Positions 10,297 to 21,317 of a DNA stretch of 64,000 nt are shown here, piece by piece. The first letter of the stretch is position 1; each line of letters starts with the position of its first letter. Made by a program: the position numbers and the translations under genes. This stretch comes from Escherichia phage RB16. A model generated the notes under the pieces. The model worked only from the letters and a program-made list of their open reading frames with translations, was not told the origin of the DNA and did no database searches. The stretch is from sequence record NC_014467.1. One strand, given 5' to 3'.

Positions 10297-11043
10297 ATGC
10301 AAAACTGGGATGAAAGTTTATTCGCTCAGTTGTCAACGGGGGAGGGAGTCGATCGCAACTTAAAGGATCAAGTCACTAACCCGTATGTAAACTGGTACAA
10401 ATATAACCCAACACAACAGCTACATGATTCACTTACAGCAGAATCAATCCAGATGAAATCACCTGATATGTATTATGTCAGACGTGAATTTGTGAATATA
10501 GATAAAATTCTGGGTGAAGACCGAGAGTCTAAATTCACGAAATCGTGGAAGATCGCTGCATATATTGAATCATATGCTAACTATGAAGGACAGCGGGACT
10601 TCTTTAGAAAATTCGGGTTGAGTTCTAACGACGAAATGACGCTGGTACTAAATCCGCGTTTATTTGCACATCAAACTGATGGTGGTATTCCGGTGCTGGG
10701 GGATTTGGTTTATTTCCCAATGGATAACAGCTTGTTTGAAATTACATGGGTGGAAGCAGATCCGTTCTATCAGTTCGGTGATCGTCCTCAACGTAAAATC
10801 AACCTGGCTAAATTCATCTACACGGGCGAAGAATTGGCTCCTGAATTGCAGCGAAACGAAGGAATCCATATCGAACCTGATGCAGAACTGGATCTTGAAC
10901 CTATTCGAAATCTTGACGGGCTGGCAGATATTAACATTGAACAGTACGAAGAAGACAAAGAATTTGAAAGAGAAGGTGACGAGTTTATCGAATCTTTTGA
11001 TGTTGTCAACGGTCGCGGTTCTCCGTTTGCAAGTCTACCATAA
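10297..11043 (+). CDS. gp14: Neck protein gp14
   Basis: 248 aa against T4 gp14 at 256 aa; synteny. Confidence 0.7.
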   Translation: MQNWDESLFAQLSTGEGVDRNLKDQVTNPYVNWYKYNPTQQLHDSLTAESIQMKSPDMYYVRREFVNIDKILGEDRESKFTKSWKIAAYIESYANYEGQRDFFRKFGLSSNDEMTLVLNPRLFAHQTDGGIPVLGDLVYFPMDNSLFEITWVEADPFYQFGDRPQRKINLAKFIYTGEELAPELQRNEGIHIEPDAELDLEPIRNLDGLADINIEQYEEDKEFEREGDEFIESFDVVNGRGSPFASLP

Positions 11044-11052
11044 ATAAGTTAA

Positions 11053-11826
11053 ATGGGTATAGGCGGAAGTCTATACCCTCTTCAAAGAGGGGTTTATGAT
11101 ATGGTTGCAAAAATCTCTATAGAACAACGAGAACATCAATTAAAAGAACGTTGTGCGGAATTAGAACTATCTTTTGATGGATGGGTAGACCAATCAGCGA
11201 TCACAAAATATTCAAAGTTTTATGTTGTTTGCAGTAAAGGACATAGAACAGAAAAACAGATCAAACCATTTGTCAACAAAAGTCGTCCAAACGGATGTTA
11301 TTTGTGTTCTCCTAAGATGAAAATATCAAAGGAAAACAGAATCGAGGAAATCAAAACTCTTGCAGATTCAATTGGATATACATTCATAGATTTCGTTGGG
11401 GTGTATAAAGATGCTCACACAAAAATATCAATGGTTTGCGATAAAGGCCATAATTGGGATGTAAGTATAGTTGCTTTTCTCAATCAAGGTCATCGCTGTA
11501 AAAAATGCGCAACGTCTGGGTTCAATACGAACAAACCAGCATACGTATACGTACAATCACTATCTGGAAAATTTCTGAAATTTGGGATAACCAACAGAAC
11601 ACCAAAGAAAAGAATGTGTGCGCAATCAAATAAATCCGTTTATAAACACGAACTGGTTTATCAAAAATTATTCGATAAAGGTATTGATGCAATGAGTATT
11701 GAACAGAAGATCAAACAATCTCTTGTTTGTGGCGTAGTTGATAAATCAGATATGATGGATGGATATACAGAAACAACAGATATATCCAATTACGATAAAC
11801 TGTTGAATATTATAGAAGGAGTATAA
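11053..11826 (+). CDS. Endonuclease-like protein with two zinc-ribbon-like motifs and a GIY-YIG/T5orf172-like C-terminal motif; probable selfish insertion between gp14 and gp15
   Basis: Two Cys/His motifs (C.KGH...GC..C and C.KGH...GH.C..C) followed by PAYVYVQSLSGKFLKFGITNRTPKKR, resembling the T5orf172/GIY-YIG core. No gene occupies this position in T4. Start may be 11101 (better SD). Confidence 0.45.
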   Translation: MGIGGSLYPLQRGVYDMVAKISIEQREHQLKERCAELELSFDGWVDQSAITKYSKFYVVCSKGHRTEKQIKPFVNKSRPNGCYLCSPKMKISKENRIEEIKTLADSIGYTFIDFVGVYKDAHTKISMVCDKGHNWDVSIVAFLNQGHRCKKCATSGFNTNKPAYVYVQSLSGKFLKFGITNRTPKKRMCAQSNKSVYKHELVYQKLFDKGIDAMSIEQKIKQSLVCGVVDKSDMMDGYTETTDISNYDKLLNIIEGV

Positions 11827-11828
11827 AA

Positions 11829-12650
11829 TTGTTTGGATACTGGTATAATAGTTCGCTGCGTAACTACATTGTTCTTATGGGACAATTGTTTAACCATGTT
11901 CAGGTTAAAAGAGTACGCGGCGATCAAGAAAAATTTATTAAGGTTCCAATTACCTACGCATCGAAAGAGAAATTTCTTGCTTCCATGAATAAACTCAACT
12001 ATGCGTATAGTCAGGAAAACGTAGCAAAGACGGAAACCATTTTACCGCGAATGAACCTATCACTGGTCGATCTGCAATATAACGCAATTCGTAAAACCAG
12101 CATAGCGGTCAACCAAAAAATGACGCAATTGCAATCACCCCGCAAGACGATCACACAGTTTAACCCTGTGCCTTATCGTTTAATTTTTGAACTGGGTGTG
12201 TATACGCGATATGAAGACGACATGTTTCAGATCGCAGAACAGATTTTACCGTATTTTCAACCACATTTCAACTGCAAGATTACCGAACTGCATAAGAACG
12301 AAATCACAGTTGACCGAGACATCAAAATCAGTCTCCAGTCGGTTGCACCAGATACAACGTTTGAGGGCGAAGCATCACAGCGCCGACATGTTGAATGGTC
12401 TTTCATGTTCGAATTGCAGGGTTATCTGTACCCGCCTGTTACTGACGTTAAGGGCGAAATCAGAACAGTATACACGGATTTCTTTGCCAATATGAACCCA
12501 TTGGATAAAGATAACTTTGAATCCGTTGATAGTCAAGCCGATCCGGTAGATCTGCCTTTGCAGGATTACACGGGCGAAGAATATATTCAGACGTATTCGC
12601 ACGATAAGCCGATCCCGTCTGGTGATGAACCTCCTAAGCCGAGGGAATGA
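11829..12650 (+). CDS. gp15: Tail sheath stabiliser / tail completion protein gp15
   Basis: 273 aa; N-terminus MFGYWYNSSLRNY and internal YEDDMFQI..QILPYFQPHF match T4 gp15 as recalled; initiates on TTG with AGGAG 8 nt upstream. Confidence 0.9.
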   Translation: MFGYWYNSSLRNYIVLMGQLFNHVQVKRVRGDQEKFIKVPITYASKEKFLASMNKLNYAYSQENVAKTETILPRMNLSLVDLQYNAIRKTSIAVNQKMTQLQSPRKTITQFNPVPYRLIFELGVYTRYEDDMFQIAEQILPYFQPHFNCKITELHKNEITVDRDIKISLQSVAPDTTFEGEASQRRHVEWSFMFELQGYLYPPVTDVKGEIRTVYTDFFANMNPLDKDNFESVDSQADPVDLPLQDYTGEEYIQTYSHDKPIPSGDEPPKPRE

Positions 12651-12652
12651 GA

Positions 12653-14990
<2,338 letters not shown>

Positions 14991-15008
14991 ATTAGAGGAA
15001 ATTCTATA

Positions 15009-17000
15009 ATGGCTTTACAATCTCCAGGTATTGAAACAAAAGAAACATCGGTACAATCTACCGTTGTTCGAAATTCAACTGGTCGCGCTGCCATTGTTGG
15101 TAAATTTTCATGGGGGCCAGCTTATCAGATCCGTCAGATTTCTAACGAAGTCGAACTGGTAAACTATTTTGGTTCCCCAGACAACCTAACCGCTGATTAT
15201 TTCATGAGTGCTGTTAACTTCTTGCAGTACGGTAATGATCTCCGTGTGGTTCGTGTTGTCGATAAAGATGCCGCAAAAAACGCAAGCGCAATTTTTAACC
15301 AGATCAAAACAACCATTGCTTCGCAGGGTTCCAACTACACCGTTGGCGACGTAATTAAGGTAAAATATAGCAACAACGTAGTTGAAGAAAATGGTAAAGT
15401 GTCCAAAGTTGACAGTAACGGCAAAATCCTTGCGGTAGTCATCCCAAGCGAAAAAATCGTTGCTCGTGCAAAACAAATCGGGACTTATCCAGATATTTCT
15501 ACTGGCTGGACTACTGAAATCGTTTCTCAGTCTTCCGGTGTGTCTGCGTCAATCACGATCGATGGTATCGAAAGCGATTCTGGTATCACTCTGTTGAACC
15601 TGGATATTGCTAAAGAAACCATTCAAGGAACTGCGTTCCAGACACTGACCCAGAAATACCAGATCCCGTCTGTTGTGGCTCTGTATCCTGGCGAACTGGG
15701 TTCTACTGTACAGGTGGAGATTATCTCCAAAGCTGCTTACGATTCTGGCGCTATGATTTCCGGTTTCCCTTCTGGGATCTCCGTTAAAAACAGCGGTCGC
15801 TCTGTGATGACTTATGGTCCACAGACCGAAAACCAGTACGCTTTTGTTGTGCGTCGTGGTGGTATTGTACAAGAATCTTTCATCGTGTCAACAGAAAAAA
15901 CCGACAAAGATATCTACGGCGTAAACATCTATATGGATGACTTTTTCGCTAACGGTGGTTCACAGTACGTATTCGGTACTTCTATGAACTGGCCTAAAGG
16001 CTTCTCCGGTATTCTAGAATTTGGTGGTGGTTTGTCCTCAAACGACACCGTAGGCGCTGATGAACTGATGACTGGTTGGGATATGTTCGCAGACCGCGAA
16101 GCCCTGCACGTTCCTCTGCTGATTGCTGGTGCTTGCGCTGGTGAAACTGTAGAAGTAATGTCAACCGTTCAGAAACACGTTATCTCGATCGGTGACGAAC
16201 GTCAGGATTGTACTGTGTTTGTATCGCCTCCGCGTTCTCTTCTGGTGAACATTCCTCTTGCTCAGGCAGTGGATAACATCATTGAATGGCGTATGGGATA
16301 TACAATCAGTGGTAACACTCCGGTAGACAACAACCTGAACGTAAGTTCAAGCTATGGCTTCCTGGATGGTAACTATAAATATCAGTATGATAAATACAAT
16401 GACGTGAACCGCTGGGTTCCGCTGGCAGGTGATATCGCTGGCCTGTGTGTTTACACTGATAGCGTTGCGCAACCGTGGATGTCTCCGGCTGGTTACAACC
16501 GTGGTCAGATCCGTAACTGCATTAAACTGGCTATTGAACCGCGTACTGCACACCGTGACGCGATGTATCAAGTTCAGATTAACCCGGTAACAGGTTTTGC
16601 AGGTGGCTCTGGTTTCGTTCTGTTCGGTGATAAAACACTGACTAATGTTCCGAGTCCGTTCGATCGTATCAACGTTCGTCGCTTGTTCAACATGATCAAG
16701 AAAGACATCGGGGATAACGCGAAATACAAACTGTTTGAAAACAACGACGATTTCACCCGTGCTTCGTTCCGTATGGATACTGGTCAGTACATGACGAATA
16801 TTCGTGCGCTGGGTGGTTGCTATGATTACCGTGTAATCTGCGATATCACGAACAACACGCCAGATGTAATCGATCGTAACGAGTTTGTAGCGACTGTTTA
16901 CGTGAAACCGCCACGTTCTATCAACTACATCACTCTGAACTTCGTAGCAACGTCTACAGGCGCAGATTTCGATGAATTGGTAGGGCCACAAGCCGTATAA
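15009..17000 (+). CDS. gp18: Tail sheath protein gp18
   Basis: 663 aa against T4 gp18 at 659 aa; synteny after gp17; sheath-like composition. Confidence 0.85.
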   Translation: MALQSPGIETKETSVQSTVVRNSTGRAAIVGKFSWGPAYQIRQISNEVELVNYFGSPDNLTADYFMSAVNFLQYGNDLRVVRVVDKDAAKNASAIFNQIKTTIASQGSNYTVGDVIKVKYSNNVVEENGKVSKVDSNGKILAVVIPSEKIVARAKQIGTYPDISTGWTTEIVSQSSGVSASITIDGIESDSGITLLNLDIAKETIQGTAFQTLTQKYQIPSVVALYPGELGSTVQVEIISKAAYDSGAMISGFPSGISVKNSGRSVMTYGPQTENQYAFVVRRGGIVQESFIVSTEKTDKDIYGVNIYMDDFFANGGSQYVFGTSMNWPKGFSGILEFGGGLSSNDTVGADELMTGWDMFADREALHVPLLIAGACAGETVEVMSTVQKHVISIGDERQDCTVFVSPPRSLLVNIPLAQAVDNIIEWRMGYTISGNTPVDNNLNVSSSYGFLDGNYKYQYDKYNDVNRWVPLAGDIAGLCVYTDSVAQPWMSPAGYNRGQIRNCIKLAIEPRTAHRDAMYQVQINPVTGFAGGSGFVLFGDKTLTNVPSPFDRINVRRLFNMIKKDIGDNAKYKLFENNDDFTRASFRMDTGQYMTNIRALGGCYDYRVICDITNNTPDVIDRNEFVATVYVKPPRSINYITLNFVATSTGADFDELVGPQAV

Positions 17001-17022
17001 GTCAAAGGGGCTTTTCAGCCCC

Positions 17023-17030
17023 TATAAATA
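17023..17030 (+). promoter_or_regulatory. T4-type late promoter TATAAATA upstream of gp19
   Basis: Exact TATAAATA 15 nt before the gp19 start, overlapping a hairpin after gp18. Confidence 0.6.
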
Positions 17031-17044
17031 ATCCGAGGTTAAAA

Positions 17045-17530
17045 ATGCTTACTGACATTTTACGCGCCTTTGAATCCGGTGATTTCGCACGTCCGAACTT
17101 GTTCGAAGTAGAGATCCCGTATCTGGGCAAAAACTTTAAATTCAAATGTAAAGCGGCAACCATGCCAGCGGCTACAGTTGAAAAAGTTCCTGTAGGCTAC
17201 CAAAACCGCAAAATAAACCTTGCTGGTGACCGTACCTATGATGACTGGACAATCACAATCTATAACGATGACGCGCACAATACGAGAAACGCACTGGTAG
17301 CATGGTCAAATATGCTGCACGGTATGGGTGATCAAATTAGCGGTGATATTCCAGCGAACTACAAAAAAACTGCTACGGTGAAACAGAAAAACCGTAACGA
17401 AGAGATAACCGCAGATCACACCATTCATGGTTTATTCCCAACTAACGTGGGTGAGGTTACTTTAGACTGGGATTCGAATAATGAAGTATCAACTTTCGAG
17501 TGTACCTTTGCGCTGGACTGGTGGGAATAA
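17045..17530 (+). CDS. gp19: Tail tube protein gp19
   Basis: 161 aa against T4 gp19 at 163 aa; synteny. Confidence 0.85.
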   Translation: MLTDILRAFESGDFARPNLFEVEIPYLGKNFKFKCKAATMPAATVEKVPVGYQNRKINLAGDRTYDDWTITIYNDDAHNTRNALVAWSNMLHGMGDQISGDIPANYKKTATVKQKNRNEEITADHTIHGLFPTNVGEVTLDWDSNNEVSTFECTFALDWWE

Positions 17531-17535
17531 AGAGT

Positions 17536-17543
17536 TATAAATA
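17536..17543 (+). promoter_or_regulatory. T4-type late promoter TATAAATA upstream of gp20
   Basis: Exact TATAAATA followed by hairpin caggggtagcaatacccctat and a T-run before the gp20 start. Confidence 0.5.
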
Positions 17544-17584
17544 CAGGGGTAGCAATACCCCTATCATTATTTTTCGGAGTTACT

Positions 17585-19159
17585 ATGAACTTTTTGGGCT
17601 TTGGCAATGTACTTAGCTTTTTCAAGAATTTCGCCCGTGAGGATGAAATTGAACTTGAACAGCAATTAAAAAATGATACAGGTTCGGTCGCGCCTCCTAA
17701 AAATAATGATGGTGCTTACGAGATCGAAACCGACCTGAATAACCAGAAATATGCTGGCGTATTCCAACAATTTTATTCTGGACAAGATCCAGCGATCCAA
17801 AACAAAGAACAATTAATTAATACGTATCGCGGTATTATGTCTTATCCAGAAGTTGAAAACGCAGTGTCGGAAATTATCGACGATGCGATCGTTAACGAAC
17901 AGGGTAAAGATATCATCACCCTGGATCTGGCTAAAACGAATTTTAGTAAGGCTATTCAAGATAAGATCGTTGAAGAGTTCGACAACGTTCTAAATATCTA
18001 TGACTTTGATAACATGGGCGCACGTCTGTTCCGTGATTGGTATGTGGATTCCCGTATATACTTCCATAAAATCATGCACAAAGACGAAACCAAAGGTATC
18101 CGCGAACTGCGTCAACTTGACCCGCGTTGCATGGAACTGATCCGAGAATCTATCACAGAAACCCTTGATGGTGGCGTGAAAGTATTCCGGGGTTATCGCG
18201 AATTTTTCGTGTATAGCGCTCCTAAAGCTGGCTATACATACAACGGACAGATCTACCAGGCAAACCAGAAGATTAAGATCCCGCGCTCCGCTATCGTGTA
18301 CGCTCATTCCGGTCTGGAAGATTGCAGCAACAATATTATCGGATATCTTCACCGCGCTGTCAAGCCTGCAAACCAATTGCGTTTGCTTGAAGATGCGATG
18401 GTGATCTACCGTATTACCCGTGCTCCTGAACGCCGTGTGTTCTATATCGACGTTGGACAGATGGGCGGTAACAAAGCGACTCAGTACGTGAATAACATTG
18501 CACAGGGCTTAAAAAACCGTGTTGTGTATGATGCCCGTACAGGTACTGTTAAAAACCAGCAGAACAACCTGTCAATGACAGAAGATTACTGGTTGATGCG
18601 TCGTGACGGTAAAGCGATTACAGAGGTTTCTACGCTTCCAGGCGGTCAGAACTTCTCTGATATGGATGATATCAAATGGTTTAACCGTAAGCTATATGAA
18701 GCCCTGCGTGTGCCATTAAGCCGTATGCCTCGCGATGACGGGGGTATGCAAATTGGTGGTGGTGGTGAAATCACCCGTGATGAACTCAAATTTAACAAGT
18801 TCATACGCACACTGCAAATTCAGTTCAGTCCTGTTCTGTCAGATCCGTTAAAAACGAACCTGATTGCGAAAAAAGTCATCACCGAAGATGAATGGGACGA
18901 GAACGTTAGCAAAATTTCGTTTATCTTCCAGCAGGATTCATATTATGCGGAAGTAAAAGACATCGAGATCATGGAACGCCGTCTAACGTTGATGTCTCAG
19001 GTCGAGGGTGTAGTTGGGAAATATGTCTCCCATAAATACATCATGAAAGAGATTCTTCGAATGTCCGACGAGGATATTGACGAACAAGCGAAATTGATCG
19101 AAGAAGAATCTAAAGAAGAACGTTTTAAAAATCCAGAAGCGGAAGAGGAAAACTTTTGA
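17585..19159 (+). CDS. gp20: Portal protein gp20
   Basis: 524 aa, identical length to T4 gp20; synteny. Confidence 0.9.
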   Translation: MNFLGFGNVLSFFKNFAREDEIELEQQLKNDTGSVAPPKNNDGAYEIETDLNNQKYAGVFQQFYSGQDPAIQNKEQLINTYRGIMSYPEVENAVSEIIDDAIVNEQGKDIITLDLAKTNFSKAIQDKIVEEFDNVLNIYDFDNMGARLFRDWYVDSRIYFHKIMHKDETKGIRELRQLDPRCMELIRESITETLDGGVKVFRGYREFFVYSAPKAGYTYNGQIYQANQKIKIPRSAIVYAHSGLEDCSNNIIGYLHRAVKPANQLRLLEDAMVIYRITRAPERRVFYIDVGQMGGNKATQYVNNIAQGLKNRVVYDARTGTVKNQQNNLSMTEDYWLMRRDGKAITEVSTLPGGQNFSDMDDIKWFNRKLYEALRVPLSRMPRDDGGMQIGGGGEITRDELKFNKFIRTLQIQFSPVLSDPLKTNLIAKKVITEDEWDENVSKISFIFQQDSYYAEVKDIEIMERRLTLMSQVEGVVGKYVSHKYIMKEILRMSDEDIDEQAKLIEEESKEERFKNPEAEEENF

Positions 19160-19404
19160 TGAAAGAATTTATCGAAGCAATCAAAAGCGGCGATCTGGTG
19201 GAGGCTAAGAAGCAATTCTACTCCATCATGGAAGACCGTACCGAAGCCCTTCGCCAAGAAATGCGCGTTGAAATTGCAGAAGCAGTCCGAATCGAAGGTG
19301 AAACCGACGAAGACGACAGCGACGATGATAAAGACGACAAAGACGGCGAAAAAGGCGAAAAAGACAAAAAGCCGTCTGAAAAAGACGACAAAGCCGACGA
19401 ATAA
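19156..19404 (+). CDS. gp67: Prohead core protein gp67-like (small acidic protein)
   Basis: 82 aa, highly acidic C-terminus (D/E/K-rich); position between portal and gp68; ATGA overlap with gp20. Confidence 0.55.
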   Translation: MMKEFIEAIKSGDLVEAKKQFYSIMEDRTEALRQEMRVEIAEAVRIEGETDEDDSDDDKDDKDGEKGEKDKKPSEKDDKADE

Positions 19405-19416
19405 GAGGTGTAAATA

Positions 19417-19824
19417 ATGCAACTCGAACTCGAAGATATTAGTACCGAACTTATCGAACCCCATTTAACCGAAGCGAAAGCCCGTGTTGATATTCTGGGG
19501 ATTGATGAAGGTACAATTAAAATTATCGAAAATTTGGCGGTCGATGAACCTCATTTAGCCCTGGCGATGATGTCCATTGTTGAGGGTTTGAGTTTAGATG
19601 AAGTCATTGTTAAACACGTCGATTCTCGCGGTAATGTGGAACGTAAAAAGGACCGCAAAACCCGTGAACGTAACGCGTATCAAACAACTGGTCTTACTAA
19701 ATCTCAACGTCGCCAGATCGCGCGTCGTGCGATGAAAACAAAACGTGCGAATCCTTCTATTACAACCCGCGCACAACGCAAGCGCAAAAAAGCGCTCCGT
19801 AAACGCGCCGCATTAGGGCTATAA
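19417..19824 (+). CDS. gp68: Prohead core protein gp68-like
   Basis: 135 aa, basic C-terminus; position between gp67 and gp21. Confidence 0.55.
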   Translation: MQLELEDISTELIEPHLTEAKARVDILGIDEGTIKIIENLAVDEPHLALAMMSIVEGLSLDEVIVKHVDSRGNVERKKDRKTRERNAYQTTGLTKSQRRQIARRAMKTKRANPSITTRAQRKRKKALRKRAALGL

Positions 19825-19827
19825 ATA
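19820..19827 (+). promoter_or_regulatory. Late-promoter motif TATAAATA overlapping the gp21 start
   Basis: Exact TATAAATA whose last base is the A of the gp21 ATG; the function of a promoter in this position is uncertain. Confidence 0.35.
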
Positions 19828-20474
19828 TGAATGAATCCCAACTCAATGAAAACGGCGATATGCTGCTAATCGAGGAATGGGGTTTACCTTGTGCGGATAT
19901 TTCCGATTCGATTTTAGAATCGGTCGGTGCGTCTAAAGACGGTAAACTTCGGATTGAAGGTATTTTCCTACAGGCTGAAAAAGTAAACCATAATAAACGA
20001 CTGTACCCGAAAAAAGTATTAGAAGAAGCAGTAAATGATTATATCAGAACTCAAGTTAATACCCGTCAAGCACTGGGTGAAATGAATCACCCTCCGCGCC
20101 CGAATGTGGACCCGCGAAATGCTTGCATCCTCATTGAAAAAATGTGGTGGAAAGGTAATGACGTTTGGGGCCGTGCGGTTGTTGTCGAAGGTGACAACGC
20201 GGATGGTGATAAACTTGCGGCGTTAATTCGTGCTGGTTGGGTTCCTGGTGTTTCTTCTCGCGGACTAGGTAAACTTGCCGATTCCGGTAAAGGTTACGGT
20301 ATCGTACAAGAAGGGTTTAAATTGGCTGTAGGTGTTGATGTAGTTTGGGGGCCAAGCGCTCCAGATGCTTACGTTAAACCAATAACCGAATCTCAGCAGA
20401 CGAAACCGCTTGTTGAGAATATTAGTGCTGATGACGCTTTCAGAAAATTATCTGAACGTTTGAAAGGTCTATAA
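19827..20474 (+). CDS. gp21: Prohead core scaffold protease gp21
   Basis: 215 aa; matches T4 gp21 as recalled (LYPKKVLEEAV.DYI, ALGEMNHPPR.NVDP, WWKGNDV.GRA, AAL.IRAGW.PGVSSRGLG, EGFKL.VGVD.VWGPSAPDA). Confidence 0.9.
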   Translation: MNESQLNENGDMLLIEEWGLPCADISDSILESVGASKDGKLRIEGIFLQAEKVNHNKRLYPKKVLEEAVNDYIRTQVNTRQALGEMNHPPRPNVDPRNACILIEKMWWKGNDVWGRAVVVEGDNADGDKLAALIRAGWVPGVSSRGLGKLADSGKGYGIVQEGFKLAVGVDVVWGPSAPDAYVKPITESQQTKPLVENISADDAFRKLSERLKGL

Positions 20475-20477
20475 ATA
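20470..20477 (+). promoter_or_regulatory. T4-type late promoter TATAAATA upstream of gp22
   Basis: Exact TATAAATA about 28 nt before the gp22 start. Confidence 0.6.
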
Positions 20478-20504
20478 ATATCATATCAAACAGGAAACTT
20501 AGAA

Positions 20505-21296
20505 ATGCTAAAAGAACAACTGTTGGCAGAAGCCCAGAACCTGGATACTCCAGTTGAGTTAGACAGCATTTTCGAATCAGTTGAACTTTCTGATGAAGTG
20601 AAAGCGAATTTCACCACTGTATTCGAACAAGCTGTAAAAGCTAACGCTGTAAAACTCGCAGAATCCCATATCAATCAGATCGCGGAACGTTCCGATGAAC
20701 TGGTTGAAGCCCAGGTTGCCGAAAAAGCTGGCGCAATCGAAACACAACTGTACGAAGATGCAAATAAATACTTCGACCACATCGCACAAGAATGGCTCTC
20801 AGAAAACAAAGAAGCCGTATCCCGCGATATTAAGGCCGACTTATTCGAATCTCTGGTTGCTGGTATGAAAGAATTGTTCGTTGATCACAACGTAATTATT
20901 CCAGAAGCCCAGGTTGATGTTGTTGCAGAACTCGAAGATGAACTGACCGAAAATCAGCAGGAAGTTAAGCGCCTGTTTGAAGCGAATCAGGCTCAGGCTA
21001 AAGAGATCGCCAACATGAAACGCGATACAATCGTTTCAGAAAAAACCAAAGATTTAACCGAATCCCAGGTTGAGAAAGTTCAGAACCTGATCGAAGGTTT
21101 GGAATATTCCGACAAGTTCGAATCCAAACTGACCGCAATTGTCGAAATGGTAGCGACTAAAGCGGAAAAACAGGTTGACGAGAGTACAAATACTCAGACA
21201 ACCACTAAAGACGATTTTGTTCCGGTAAATGAAAATGCTCCGGCAGAGAAATCGAAGATCAATAAATATGTTGAAGCGGCTAAACGCCTTTCCTAA
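20505..21296 (+). CDS. gp22: Prohead core scaffold protein gp22
   Basis: 263 aa, acidic helical protein; position between gp21 and gp23; T4 gp22 is 269 aa. Confidence 0.8.
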   Translation: MLKEQLLAEAQNLDTPVELDSIFESVELSDEVKANFTTVFEQAVKANAVKLAESHINQIAERSDELVEAQVAEKAGAIETQLYEDANKYFDHIAQEWLSENKEAVSRDIKADLFESLVAGMKELFVDHNVIIPEAQVDVVAELEDELTENQQEVKRLFEANQAQAKEIANMKRDTIVSEKTKDLTESQVEKVQNLIEGLEYSDKFESKLTAIVEMVATKAEKQVDESTNTQTTTKDDFVPVNENAPAEKSKINKYVEAAKRLS

Positions 21297-21317
21297 TCTT
21301 TTATAAGGTAAGAAACA

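Noticed and set aside
10664-11047. 127-aa + strand ORF overlapping gp14 in another frame
   Set aside because: It lies inside the gp14 coding region, with low-complexity translation and no independent signals.
21290-21317. Late promoter upstream of gp23
   Set aside because: The nearest motif is TATAAGGT, which differs from TATAAATA at two positions; not called.
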